A DNA stretch of 64,000 nt, from assembly GCA_965249715.1 (NCBI GenBank), contig CBDFMP010000043.1:2771-66770 (forward strand), in the 5' to 3' direction. Below, piece after piece: positions 47,541 through 56,700 of this stretch. Position numbers and translations under genes: made by a program. Each line of letters starts with the position of its first letter. The first letter of the stretch is position 1. Below the pieces are notes generated by a model, which was given only the letters and a program-made list of their open reading frames with translations, did no database searches and was not told the origin of the DNA. This DNA is from Spirochaetota bacterium. Its GTDB lineage: Bacteria > Spirochaetota > UBA12135 > COTS27.

Positions 47541-47606
47541 TATTTGGCAGCTGGGAGAGACTTCAATACTTGGCAGCTGGGAGAGACTTCAATGTTTGGC
47601 AGCTGG
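47529..47606. repeat. 26-bp tandem repeat x3 covering the stop codon of the heptose-pathway gene and the rsgA upstream region
   Basis: aagagacttcaatatttggcagctgg / gagagacttcaatacttggcagctgg / gagagacttcaatgtttggcagctgg. Confidence 0.95.
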
Positions 47607-48731
47607 TTGTGCAGCAGTTTTAATGATCCATTCAGCCGCCGCCAAACAATCAGCAGCGACAAAAGCTGGTGTAACAGCGTACTTGCCATCCTTGCCGCCC
47701 TTGCCTGTTTGTACAAGGATAGCAGAAATATCCAGACGCCGCGCTGCTTCAATATCCGATGTTTGATCGCCAATAAAAAAACTACGGTTAAGTGCCAAAC
47801 GATGATCGCGTTGTGCGCGCTGCACCAAGGCACCTGCGGGCTTGCGGCAGCTGCAGCCTTGCGCCTGCGTGTGCGGACAAAAATAAATGCCGGTGAGCAG
47901 AATGCCCTCTTTACTGAGGAGTTTTAACATTGCCTTATTGACACGAAAGAATGCTTCTGTGGAGAAGTAGCCCATCCCGATTCCCGGTTGATTCGTGACA
48001 ACCACCAAGGCATAACCGGCTGTCATCAGCAGTTTTAAGCCAGTAATGGCACGCGGCACTAAACGAACATCCTCGGGACGATGCAGGTATTCTGTATCCA
48101 TGACAATGACACCATCGCGATCTAAGAAGACCGCCTGTTTCAGTTGTTGTTCACCTGCGCCAGTTTGGCTGGAAGCCACGGCGGGAAGCTGGACGGGCAT
48201 GATTCCACTCTGCAGGGCTTTGAGAATAATCCCATCAATACGCGCAGTTGTGGAATAGCCTGAGTGTATGGGAAGTGTAAGTGTTTGACCGCCCCAGGCA
48301 GCAAGATATTTTGCCGACTGAAGCTGTGCCGCTGTATAATCGGCTGCTTTAACATAAAAAGCTGGCTGCAAAGCTTGCACATTGGCAGCATTTGTTGTTT
48401 CCGAAAAAATAAATGCTGCATCCACACAAACAAGCGCAGCCACAAGCTCTGCGCGTTCTGTTGCTGGAACAAGCGGTCTAAAATCGCCTTTGAGCGCGCG
48501 GACGGAGGCGTCATCATTGACACCCACAACAAGCCGCGCAGCGCCTGTTTGTGCCTTAATGCTGCTTAAAAAATGCAGATGCCCGCTATGCAGTAAATCA
48601 AAAACGCCAGAAGTGAACGCAACACGTTCGCCGTTTTGTCGCCAGGTTGCGGTAAGCTGGCACACTTCTGCACGCGTGGGAAGCGGCGGTATGCAAGCTG
48701 CTGCAGCGGAGGCATTATTTGCAGAAGGCAT
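47589..48731 (-). CDS. Fusion protein: heptose-1-phosphate adenylyltransferase-like (cytidylyltransferase fold) + D,D-heptose-1,7-bisphosphate phosphatase (GmhB, HAD)
   Basis: 380 aa. The N-terminal half has FTSGVFDLLHSGHLHFL (the HxGH nucleotidyltransferase motif as in HldE domain II / HldC). The C-terminal half has FLDRDGVI, VTNQPGIG and CPH...CSCRKP, typical of GmhB. Confidence 0.8.
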   Translation of the reverse strand: MPSANNASAAAACIPPLPTRAEVCQLTATWRQNGERVAFTSGVFDLLHSGHLHFLSSIKAQTGAARLVVGVNDDASVRALKGDFRPLVPATERAELVAALVCVDAAFIFSETTNAANVQALQPAFYVKAADYTAAQLQSAKYLAAWGGQTLTLPIHSGYSTTARIDGIILKALQSGIMPVQLPAVASSQTGAGEQQLKQAVFLDRDGVIVMDTEYLHRPEDVRLVPRAITGLKLLMTAGYALVVVTNQPGIGMGYFSTEAFFRVNKAMLKLLSKEGILLTGIYFCPHTQAQGCSCRKPAGALVQRAQRDHRLALNRSFFIGDQTSDIEAARRLDISAILVQTGKGGKDGKYAVTPAFVAADCLAAAEWIIKTAAQPAAKH

Positions 48732-48748
48732 TATTTACGGGAGGCAGG

Positions 48749-50236
48749 TTACTCCTTGTCAGTCGGCTGAGCCGTTAAGGCCTGTTTTAACAAGGTATTG
48801 ACCAACTGCGGTTGTGCCTGTCCGCGCGTGGCGCGCATGACCTGTCCTACCAGAAATCCAAACGACTGTTGTTTGCCTGCGCGATAAGCGGCTGCAGCTG
48901 CCGGGTGTTCACTGAGCACCTTGCTGATCAGCTGACTCAACTTTGTTTGATCGGCGACCACCTGATAACCCTGTTTTTTGACAATGGCATCAGGCGCTTC
49001 ACCAGTGCTGAGCATTTCCTTAAACGTCGTCTTAGCCAATTTCCCCGAAAGTGTTCCCCCCTCCACTAAAGCCACCAGTCGACCAATAGCCTCAGCTGGA
49101 ATTTTAAAAGCCTCAATAGTGATGCTTTTTTCATTTAAGACCGAAAGCACTTCTGTTGTCAGCCAGTTGGCAACACGTTTAGCAGCGCCTGACGGCGCTG
49201 CACCCAACGCACGTTCATAATAGGCGGCTAAGGCTTTTGTCTCCGTTAACAGCGCGCTGTCATAAGCTGAGAGACCGTAATCACGCATAAACCGTTTACG
49301 TTTAGCAGCGGGAAGTTCCGGTAAGGCCGTCTTTAACGCTGCAATGTTTTCTGCCGATACCATCACTGGCAGAAGATCTGGATCGGGAAAATAACGATAA
49401 TCGCGCGCTTCACCTTTGGAACGCATGACACGTGTTTGTTTCAATACATTATCAAAGAGCATGGTATCCTGCGTGACAGCAGCACCGCGTTCTAAAACTC
49501 CTATTTGGCGCTTAATTTCATAGTTAATAGCAGCTGCTACGCCCTTAAAGGTATTCATGTTTTTAATTTCTGTGCGCGTGCCCAATGCAGAAGCGCCGCG
49601 CTGACGAATAGAAACATTGGCATCGCACCGTAACGAACCTTCCTGCATATTGCCATCACAAACGGCTAAGTAAAGCAGCAGTGTTCTGAGCGAACGCATA
49701 TATTCAACGGCCTCAGCAGCACTGCGAAGCTCCGGAGCTGAGACAATTTCAATCAGCGGCGTGCTGGTACGATTTAAATCCACATAACTTTCACGTACGC
49801 TTGCATCCTCAGAGTGCATGAGTTTGCCTGCATCTTCCTCCAGCTGAATGCGCTCAATGCCCACAGCGCGCTCAGCCGTAACCGCACCGTGTTGATCCCT
49901 CAGCTCAATGCAAAGCTTGCCGCCCGAACAGATGGGATGCGCCAGCTGGGAAATTTGATAAGCCTTTGGCAGATCGGGATAAAAATAGTTTTTGCGCTCA
50001 AAATAAGACATGGTATTCACTGTACTATTCAGCGCCAACCCCACACAAACAGCCATGCGCACCGCTTCGGCATTCAGCACCGGCAGCGCACCGGGGTAAC
50101 CCAGACAAACAGGGCAGACATTGCTATTGGCATCACCGCCAAACTGCGTGGCACAACGGCAAAAGAGCTTCGTGCGCGTTTTTAACTGCGCATGAACCTC
50201 CAACCCAATGACCGCTTCCCAGTTGTTTTGTTCCAT
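48749..50236 (-). CDS. gatB: Asp/Glu-tRNA amidotransferase subunit B
   Basis: 495 aa with N-terminal WEAVIGLEVHAQL...KLFC and the conserved RCDANVS and FPDPDL motifs. Confidence 0.95.
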   Translation of the reverse strand: MEQNNWEAVIGLEVHAQLKTRTKLFCRCATQFGGDANSNVCPVCLGYPGALPVLNAEAVRMAVCVGLALNSTVNTMSYFERKNYFYPDLPKAYQISQLAHPICSGGKLCIELRDQHGAVTAERAVGIERIQLEEDAGKLMHSEDASVRESYVDLNRTSTPLIEIVSAPELRSAAEAVEYMRSLRTLLLYLAVCDGNMQEGSLRCDANVSIRQRGASALGTRTEIKNMNTFKGVAAAINYEIKRQIGVLERGAAVTQDTMLFDNVLKQTRVMRSKGEARDYRYFPDPDLLPVMVSAENIAALKTALPELPAAKRKRFMRDYGLSAYDSALLTETKALAAYYERALGAAPSGAAKRVANWLTTEVLSVLNEKSITIEAFKIPAEAIGRLVALVEGGTLSGKLAKTTFKEMLSTGEAPDAIVKKQGYQVVADQTKLSQLISKVLSEHPAAAAAYRAGKQQSFGFLVGQVMRATRGQAQPQLVNTLLKQALTAQPTDKE

Positions 50237-50306
50237 TGTCTAAGTTCTGATATGCGTGAGCTGACTTAACAAGCTTGTTGACAAAAGCTTGCTGACAGCC
50301 CCCTGT

Positions 50307-51770
50307 TCAAATTAAAAATTTAACGCGCCGGGCCTGCTCATATAAATGCGAGGCATTGTACAACAATGCCTCTTGAAAGCGCCGCCCCATGAGCTGAAAA
50401 GAAATGGGCAAACCCGCTTCATCTTTTGCACAGGGAACGGAAATTGCCGGAAGTCCCGTTAAATTCGCAGCAATGGTATAAACATCAGAGAGATACATCT
50501 GTACTGGATTTTCATGGCGTTCGCCCAGCTTAAACACACGATAAGGCATGGTTGGCGTGAGTAAAAAGTCGCAAGTCTGCAATGCTGCATGATATTCATT
50601 GTAAAGGCGCCGTCTGACGCGCAATGCTTTCATGTAATACGCATCGAAATAACCCGCCGAGAGCACATAAGCGCCCATGAACATCCGGCGGCGCACCTCG
50701 GGACCAAAACCTTCACTACGTGTTTTAAGAAATAATTCGTGCATATCTTTAGCATTGGGACTGCGGCGCCCATAACGAATGCCGTCAAATCTTGCTAAGT
50801 TTGTACTGGCTTCAGCTGTCGCAAGGATATAATAAATTGACAAACCGCAGCCTGTTGTGGGCAGTGAAAGCTCTTGAAGACTAGCTCCTGCGTCCACATA
50901 AAATTGTTTCACCTCCGCCAATGCAGCCTGAATTTGCGGATGTACATCGGCTGTGTAATACTCCTTGGGAATACCGATCACCTTGCCTTTGAGCGAGGCA
51001 TTCAGTGTGGCAGAATAATCGGCGACGGGAATATTGACACTGGTACTGTCACGCGGGTCATGCCCGGCAATGCTTTGCAAGAGCAGCGCATTATCAGCTA
51101 CTGTGCGCGTGAGCGGACCCAGCTGATCAAATGACGAAGCATGGGCTACCACACCATAACGTGAGACGCGCCCATAAGTGGGTTTCATTCCCACAACACC
51201 GCAACAAGCAGCGGGCTGGCGCACACTGCCGCCTGTATCAGTGCCCAAAGCAGCAAATGCTTCACCGCAGGCAACAGCCGCAGCCGGACCACCCGATGAA
51301 CCACCGGGAATGTAGGCACGATTGATCGGATTATGTACTTTTCCGTAAATGGAATTTTCATTGGCAGAGCCCATCGCAAACTCATCCATATTGAGATTGG
51401 CGAAGATCACGCCGCCATGGCGCTGAAAATTTTCTAAGGCTGTTGCGGTGTACGGTGCCTCATAACCTGCCAGCACCTTAGAACAGCAATCTACGGGAAA
51501 ACCTTGCAGATTGATATTGCGCTTAATGGCAATGGGCGCGCCCGCAAGCAGCGAGGCTTGCCGCGCAGCAACATCCAGCTGCTGCGCCTGCTGCAGTGCC
51601 GCTGCTTCATTGGTATAAAGTATGGCATTAATCGGCTTTGTTTCGTCCGCTGCCGCATTGACCTTAGCGGCGGCGATGTTAGCCTGAATAAGGTCTTTTG
51701 TACTAAGCTCGCCTAACTTAAGCTTAGCAACGGCTTCAGTGAGCGTGAGCTGGGCTAATTCGGGGATCAT
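50307..51770 (-). CDS. gatA: Asp/Glu-tRNA amidotransferase subunit A (amidase signature family)
   Basis: 487 aa with the amidase signature GGSSGGPAAAVA...GTDTGGSVRQPA. Confidence 0.95.
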   Translation of the reverse strand: MIPELAQLTLTEAVAKLKLGELSTKDLIQANIAAAKVNAAADETKPINAILYTNEAAALQQAQQLDVAARQASLLAGAPIAIKRNINLQGFPVDCCSKVLAGYEAPYTATALENFQRHGGVIFANLNMDEFAMGSANENSIYGKVHNPINRAYIPGGSSGGPAAAVACGEAFAALGTDTGGSVRQPAACCGVVGMKPTYGRVSRYGVVAHASSFDQLGPLTRTVADNALLLQSIAGHDPRDSTSVNIPVADYSATLNASLKGKVIGIPKEYYTADVHPQIQAALAEVKQFYVDAGASLQELSLPTTGCGLSIYYILATAEASTNLARFDGIRYGRRSPNAKDMHELFLKTRSEGFGPEVRRRMFMGAYVLSAGYFDAYYMKALRVRRRLYNEYHAALQTCDFLLTPTMPYRVFKLGERHENPVQMYLSDVYTIAANLTGLPAISVPCAKDEAGLPISFQLMGRRFQEALLYNASHLYEQARRVKFLI

Positions 51771-51900
51771 ACAGAATCTTTAAGCTAAAATATTCACCGC
51801 GTAATTAAACAACACCATAACAAATACATGTTTGCATTTAGTCAATATTGTAACATCAGCTGCATAAAACCAATATGAAAAAGTGCTCTAAGTACTACGA

Positions 51901-51930
51901 TTGCAACACCTTGTGCCGTTATGGTATAAT
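51901..51930 (+). promoter_or_regulatory. Sigma-70 promoter with extended -10 for the downstream membrane-protein gene
   Basis: TTGCAA-18 nt-TATAAT with TG (taTGgTATAAT). It lies inside the longer track ORF (start 51875), which argues for the ATG at 51965. Confidence 0.5.
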
Positions 51931-51964
51931 ATTCATTCACAATAGAAGCTTAAGAGTTCTCACC

Positions 51965-53992
51965 ATGCAACGTTTAGTCACCATCGTCTTCACATTATTA
52001 TTCCTGCTGACACTCAGCAACATGCTTGCTGCCTACTACTGGGGACATCCTATTTATAAACTTCTGTTCAATGCAGATGCCGTCTATCTGCCCACCCTGT
52101 TCACCGACATCTTTGCCCGTGACGGGAGCATTGCCGATTGGTACATTACACGCGCGCCCTATTTCTTCCCAGACGTTCCGTTATTCGGGCTTGCTGCTGC
52201 AGTTTCAGCAACCATTACTTCCGCAACAGCAGGCGATACAATTATCATATTTGCGCTTCTGCAACAGCTGCTGACATTCATTGCTATTTATCTACTTATG
52301 CGCATCATCAGTCCCAAACGCGCCTTTGCAGCAAGTGTACTCAGTTTCTGTGCACTCATGGCACTGACGCTTATGAACACGGAATTGCTGGATACAACGG
52401 AATTGCGCGACAACTTCATCACAGCATTTCATTACAGTCTCAGCAGCGTCCATCATTATGGAGCATTTCTGAGCGGACTTGTTTTTGCAGTGTTTTATTT
52501 GCTGGCACATCCAGAACAGACAAAGAGCGAAAGTACAAGGCGACGCTACTGGCGCGGATTATGTTTGCTTGCATTTGTTATGGGCATTTCGGATAAACTT
52601 TTTATTGTCCAGGTCACAGTGCCATTTTTACTTGTTTCATTAGTGATCGAAGCCAAACACAATCGCCTGCAACGGCAAAATTGGCGCCAGCTCCTGTGGC
52701 TGGCAACACCATTTGCTGCAAGCCTACTCGGTGCACTTGCCATCAACCTCATTCCCAATGTCCACAGCTCCGCCTCATTAGGTACGGGATTGGTGGTGCA
52801 AAACATCATAGCTGAAGTGGCTATTTTTAATGCAGCCTTTCGCCACCTTCCACTATACGCCATCTGTTTCTCCCTATACAGCACCATCAGCGCTTATACA
52901 GTTTATCGTTTACTAAAAACACAACGCAGCCAAACTGCCGAAACAGCTACCCCTGCCCTTACAAGCTTGATTATTTATGCTGGTTTTTCCTTATGCGTGA
53001 CGTTTGTGGTTGTAAGCCTCCTCAGTAGCGGCGGTGCCAGAGCGCGCTATTTAATTCCAGTTTTTTCCTGGCCTGTTATTATTTTAAGCGGGTTTCTGGC
53101 TCAAACTACACGCCGCGCGTTTCTACCGATTGCCATCATACTGAGCAGCCTGAGCGTCCTGACGCTGAGCCTTGGCGCATACAAACTTATGCAAAAAAAC
53201 AAAAAACGCGCGCATTTTTATCCGCCCAGCATCGCCTGCATCGATAAAACACTGAGCCCCACAGGACTCACAAATGGCATCACAGAGTACTGGGACGCTA
53301 AGGCTATTCAAATGCTGAGCCAGCTGCCGCTCACCCTCGCCCAACACAGAGCTGTTTCGCCCACACTCATCCGTGAATGGCACACCATCACTTCCAAACA
53401 ATATTTTAAACCCGCTTATGATTTTGCCATTATCAGACGCCAACCCACTGAGCGCCACGACCGCTTCACCCATGCACTCAGTGCATTAAACGGCACACCG
53501 CAACACACACAACAATGCCCAGAGCATACTGTTTATATTTATGGCAAAAATGAATTGCACGTCAAAGCGCCAGGGCGCTTTCATGCAGCCGGCGACAGCC
53601 TCAGCTGGCAGGGCTGCCAGCTGCACACGCGTATTGGCGAGACGACAGGAGACTGTACGCTGACCAAACGAAGTCCCGAGCTCAGCGGTTATCTGACATA
53701 CGGCCCGTATGAAAGACTGCCTGCCGGTGAATATAATTTTACGCTGCGTTACACCAGCAGCGCTGCGCCTGAGCGTACCGTCGGCAGATGGGATGTGATC
53801 ATCCCCATCACAGACAATTACCAAAAACTCACCAAGGGCAAATTGAAAGGTTCGCGCGGGCAGGTGCAAACGCTCTCAGCCAATTTTACGATTGAACCGT
53901 TTTATCATCTGAATGAAGTTGAGATCCGCACGTACGCACGCAGGAACACTGACATCAGCGTCTTAGAGCTTACTATCAGCAAACTACGCTGA
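51965..53992 (+). CDS. Polytopic membrane protein with C-terminal soluble domain (possible GT-C-type glycosyltransferase)
   Basis: About 675 aa from MQRLVTIVFTLLF, with at least 10 predicted TM helices followed by a soluble domain of about 230 aa. The family assignment rests on architecture only. Confidence 0.5.
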   Translation: MQRLVTIVFTLLFLLTLSNMLAAYYWGHPIYKLLFNADAVYLPTLFTDIFARDGSIADWYITRAPYFFPDVPLFGLAAAVSATITSATAGDTIIIFALLQQLLTFIAIYLLMRIISPKRAFAASVLSFCALMALTLMNTELLDTTELRDNFITAFHYSLSSVHHYGAFLSGLVFAVFYLLAHPEQTKSESTRRRYWRGLCLLAFVMGISDKLFIVQVTVPFLLVSLVIEAKHNRLQRQNWRQLLWLATPFAASLLGALAINLIPNVHSSASLGTGLVVQNIIAEVAIFNAAFRHLPLYAICFSLYSTISAYTVYRLLKTQRSQTAETATPALTSLIIYAGFSLCVTFVVVSLLSSGGARARYLIPVFSWPVIILSGFLAQTTRRAFLPIAIILSSLSVLTLSLGAYKLMQKNKKRAHFYPPSIACIDKTLSPTGLTNGITEYWDAKAIQMLSQLPLTLAQHRAVSPTLIREWHTITSKQYFKPAYDFAIIRRQPTERHDRFTHALSALNGTPQHTQQCPEHTVYIYGKNELHVKAPGRFHAAGDSLSWQGCQLHTRIGETTGDCTLTKRSPELSGYLTYGPYERLPAGEYNFTLRYTSSAAPERTVGRWDVIIPITDNYQKLTKGKLKGSRGQVQTLSANFTIEPFYHLNEVEIRTYARRNTDISVLELTISKLR

Positions 53993-54009
53993 ATGCGTTT
54001 CTCTGCTGC

Positions 54010-54860
54010 ATTTCATTCCAAGGTAGCAGTTACTCTTCTTTTTGACGTTTCAATTGCTCCCTTTGAAACATCAATACCAATCCATTGTCTCTACTTAATT
54101 TTTCAGCAACAACAAGGGTTGTGATACCACAAAAAGGATCCATCACTAAGTCATTTTCATTAGTATTAGCTTTAATTACTCGTTCTAATAAATAACTGGT
54201 TTTTACGTTTTATTCGATCAGCTCTTTGGCAGCTCTGCTTTAATATGTCCCATAGCTTCAATCTACGCACTAAATATTTAATTCGCTTAAACCCTCGATG
54301 TCTTATCACCTCCTCTTTTTATTAAAAAAATAAGGTTCGTAATCTTAATCTATTATGCTTTACTTTTCGATCACTTTTGCCATAAACTATCGTGCTTTTT
54401 AGGGAAGTAAATAGTTTCCACCGCCTGTTTTATCTGCCCCGATCTGCTAAAACACTCTTCTGCAAAAATAAAATCTAATAATCTTTATGTAGTGAGACAA
54501 AGTTCCATCACAATGAAAACATAAAATACCAATCTTTTACCTGAATATGCAATTCCTATATAAGTAAGGGTTTTTATATTGATTAAAGAAGAAAGATAAG
54601 AAACAAGTTGAAGAGCATTATCCCTTTTTTCCTCTAACCAATGATCTGTACCATCCGAGTGCTTTTGAAAAAATCTTCATAGCTAGCACCAGCTTTTATT
54701 TCTCCTCCAAAGGATGGAGATACTTTTTCTTTAAATTAAAAAGCGGATCCATATAAATAAGATCTATTGTCTCTGCTCCCATCCCGGACATTTTTCTTAA
54801 GCTTTCATCCCAACACAATTTCCCAGTGACCTATCGTTCCCATTTTCTACAACCTGCAAA
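54010..54860 (-). pseudogene. Heavily decayed beta-class N6/N4 DNA methyltransferase
   Basis: My multi-frame translation recovers IDLIYMDPLFNLKKKY, FHCDGTLSHYIKII and the C-terminal ERVIKANTNENDLVMDPFCGITTLVVAEKLSR, separated by many stops and frameshifts. Confidence 0.6.
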
Positions 54861-54864
54861 CCCC

Positions 54865-55209
54865 TTAGCAAACTTGTTTAAGCCTTATCTTTAAATATTC
54901 CATATCTTTAGACCCCTTTATGTTATTACAACTCCCACAAAGCAATTGCAAATTTTCTAGATTATCTCTTCCGCCTCTTGACTTAGGAATAATATGATCA
55001 ACATGAAAATGACGAAACTCAAACAAGGCACTACATCTACGACATTTGCCTTTTTGCTCACCAAACAATCTTGTTTTAATTTCAACCTTAGTAAATTTGT
55101 TTTTTATAGTATCTGTACGCTCAGGAATGCCACCTTTCTTTATATCCCAATAAATAGTATCATTTCCCCCGGTTTGAGATAATAAAGACTCAGATTCTGC
55201 GTACTTCAC
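54865..55209 (-). CDS. HNH endonuclease-domain protein (possibly once the C-terminal domain of the upstream methyltransferase)
   Basis: 114 aa with a GTG start and the HNH motif FHVDHIIPKSRGGRDNLENLQLLCGSCNNIKG. It begins 3 codons after an in-frame stop that ends the MTase remnant. Confidence 0.65.
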   Translation of the reverse strand: MKYAESESLLSQTGGNDTIYWDIKKGGIPERTDTIKNKFTKVEIKTRLFGEQKGKCRRCSALFEFRHFHVDHIIPKSRGGRDNLENLQLLCGSCNNIKGSKDMEYLKIRLKQVC

Positions 55210-56103
55210 GCTCTGACCTTAGTTCCAAGTAATTCGTATGCTTTGGGAGATATGTCAATACCAATCCAGTGCCTACCTAATTTTTCAGCAGCAATACAAG
55301 TCGTCGCACAGTCCACAAAATGGATCCAAAACTAAATCCCCTTCAGTTGTACTTGCTTGAATAATCACTTTCTAATAACTCAACAGGTTTTTGCGTTGGG
55401 TAACCAACTCTATTCTTAGAACCATTAATAACAGCCTTAATTTCATTATCCCAAACGTCTCTGATATAAACTTGCACAGGATATGTACCATCTTTATTGG
55501 TCACCACATCACCGCTTAAAAAAAATGGTTTATCGTAATTTATAGTTTCTTCTAAGGGAATATGTTTAGTTTGATGACTTTTCCCATAAGCTAAAATAAC
55601 ATCATGTTTTCTAGGAAAGTATCGGCTTACTAATCCCCCCGGTCCTGTACCCCCAAATGATTTCATTTCTAAAGTTACTTTCGCCAAACCTACCATCTAA
55701 GAGTACATTCAAATAATGCGACTATGGTTGGATCGCAATGCAAATAAATACTGCCCGTTGCTTTTACGATGCGATGCATTTCAAGCAAGCGAATTGCCAT
55801 ATAACTAAGATAGTACTTGTTATAACTATAACCTATTTTTGTTACACCATTAAGATAATCAGCTAATGGTTTATTCGTTTCTGAAATAATATCAACCCAT
55901 TCATCTTTGACATGTTCTTTTTTAAAGATGTCTGCAAACATGGTTTTTTCTGGAATGATCCCTCCTAAAGGAGCAATAAAATTTTTATTCTTATTAAACG
56001 GCGGATCTAAGTAAATAAGATCTACAGAAGCCGTATTAATCCCACGCAAAACCTCTAAGTTATCTCCACAAAATATTGTACGGTTTTTAATTAGGTTTTC
56101 CAT
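55210..56103 (-). pseudogene. Beta-class N6/N4 DNA methyltransferase with at least 3 frameshifts
   Basis: ORF 55690..56103 has VDLIYLDPPFNKNKNF and YLHCDP. Other frames continue with SHYLNVLLDGRFGESNFRNEIIWGYRTGG, RYFPRKHDVILAYGKS, GYPTQKPVELLE and DLVLDPFCG...GRHWIGIDISPKAYELL. One shift sits at C6 run 55635-55640. Confidence 0.75.
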
Positions 56104-56215
56104 AATTCCTACTAAAAGTGTAAAAAATCAATTTGGCACACTGCTAGATTGTACAATAGTTTTTCCTAACAGAAGCATAAACCTAAAAACATCGCCAAGC
56201 CGCACAGGCTATCGC

Positions 56216-56623
56216 TTACGCTTTAAGCACCGCTGCGGGTTCGTCGTCACTGACCGCTGCCCGTACAGGTTCGAGCTCTTGTTGCTCTGCTTCCGTAAAA
56301 AGCCGTGAACGTACCAAAAAGCGCAAACCCATCGGAATTTCCAATGAAAAACTGGAGCCGCGCCCTTTTGTAATATCAATCGTCAAATGTGTATGCTTCC
56401 AATATTCAAATTGCTGACGCTCCATGTAAAAATTGCAGCCGTGGATTGTTCCCAGCTGCACATCGCTTGCACCTAGCTTAAAATCGCCTTTTGCAAAACA
56501 CATCGGCTGCGAGCCATCGCAACAGCCGCCGCTTTGGTGGAACATCAGCTCGCCATGGCGTTTACGAATTTCATCAATCACCTTCATCGCCTCAGGGGTG
56601 ACCTCTACGCGTGGACAAACCAT
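56216..56623 (-). CDS. DUF779 family protein
   Basis: 135 aa with the signature MFHQSGGCCDGSQPMC. As is typical for this family, it lies immediately downstream of an aldehyde dehydrogenase gene. Confidence 0.7.
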   Translation of the reverse strand: MVCPRVEVTPEAMKVIDEIRKRHGELMFHQSGGCCDGSQPMCFAKGDFKLGASDVQLGTIHGCNFYMERQQFEYWKHTHLTIDITKGRGSSFSLEIPMGLRFLVRSRLFTEAEQQELEPVRAAVSDDEPAAVLKA

Positions 56624-56700
56624 TATTTGTAAGCTTAAAAAACATTAACCTTGGGGGGGATTCCCCCCAAGGTGTCTGCATTTCCTGCAACAACTGGAGC

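Larger units (their letters stand above)
53993..56110. other. AT-rich degraded restriction-modification island (MTase pseudogene - HNH ORF - MTase pseudogene)
   Basis: Lower GC than the flanks. It contains two broken methyltransferase reading frames and one intact 114-aa HNH ORF, all on the minus strand. Confidence 0.75.
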
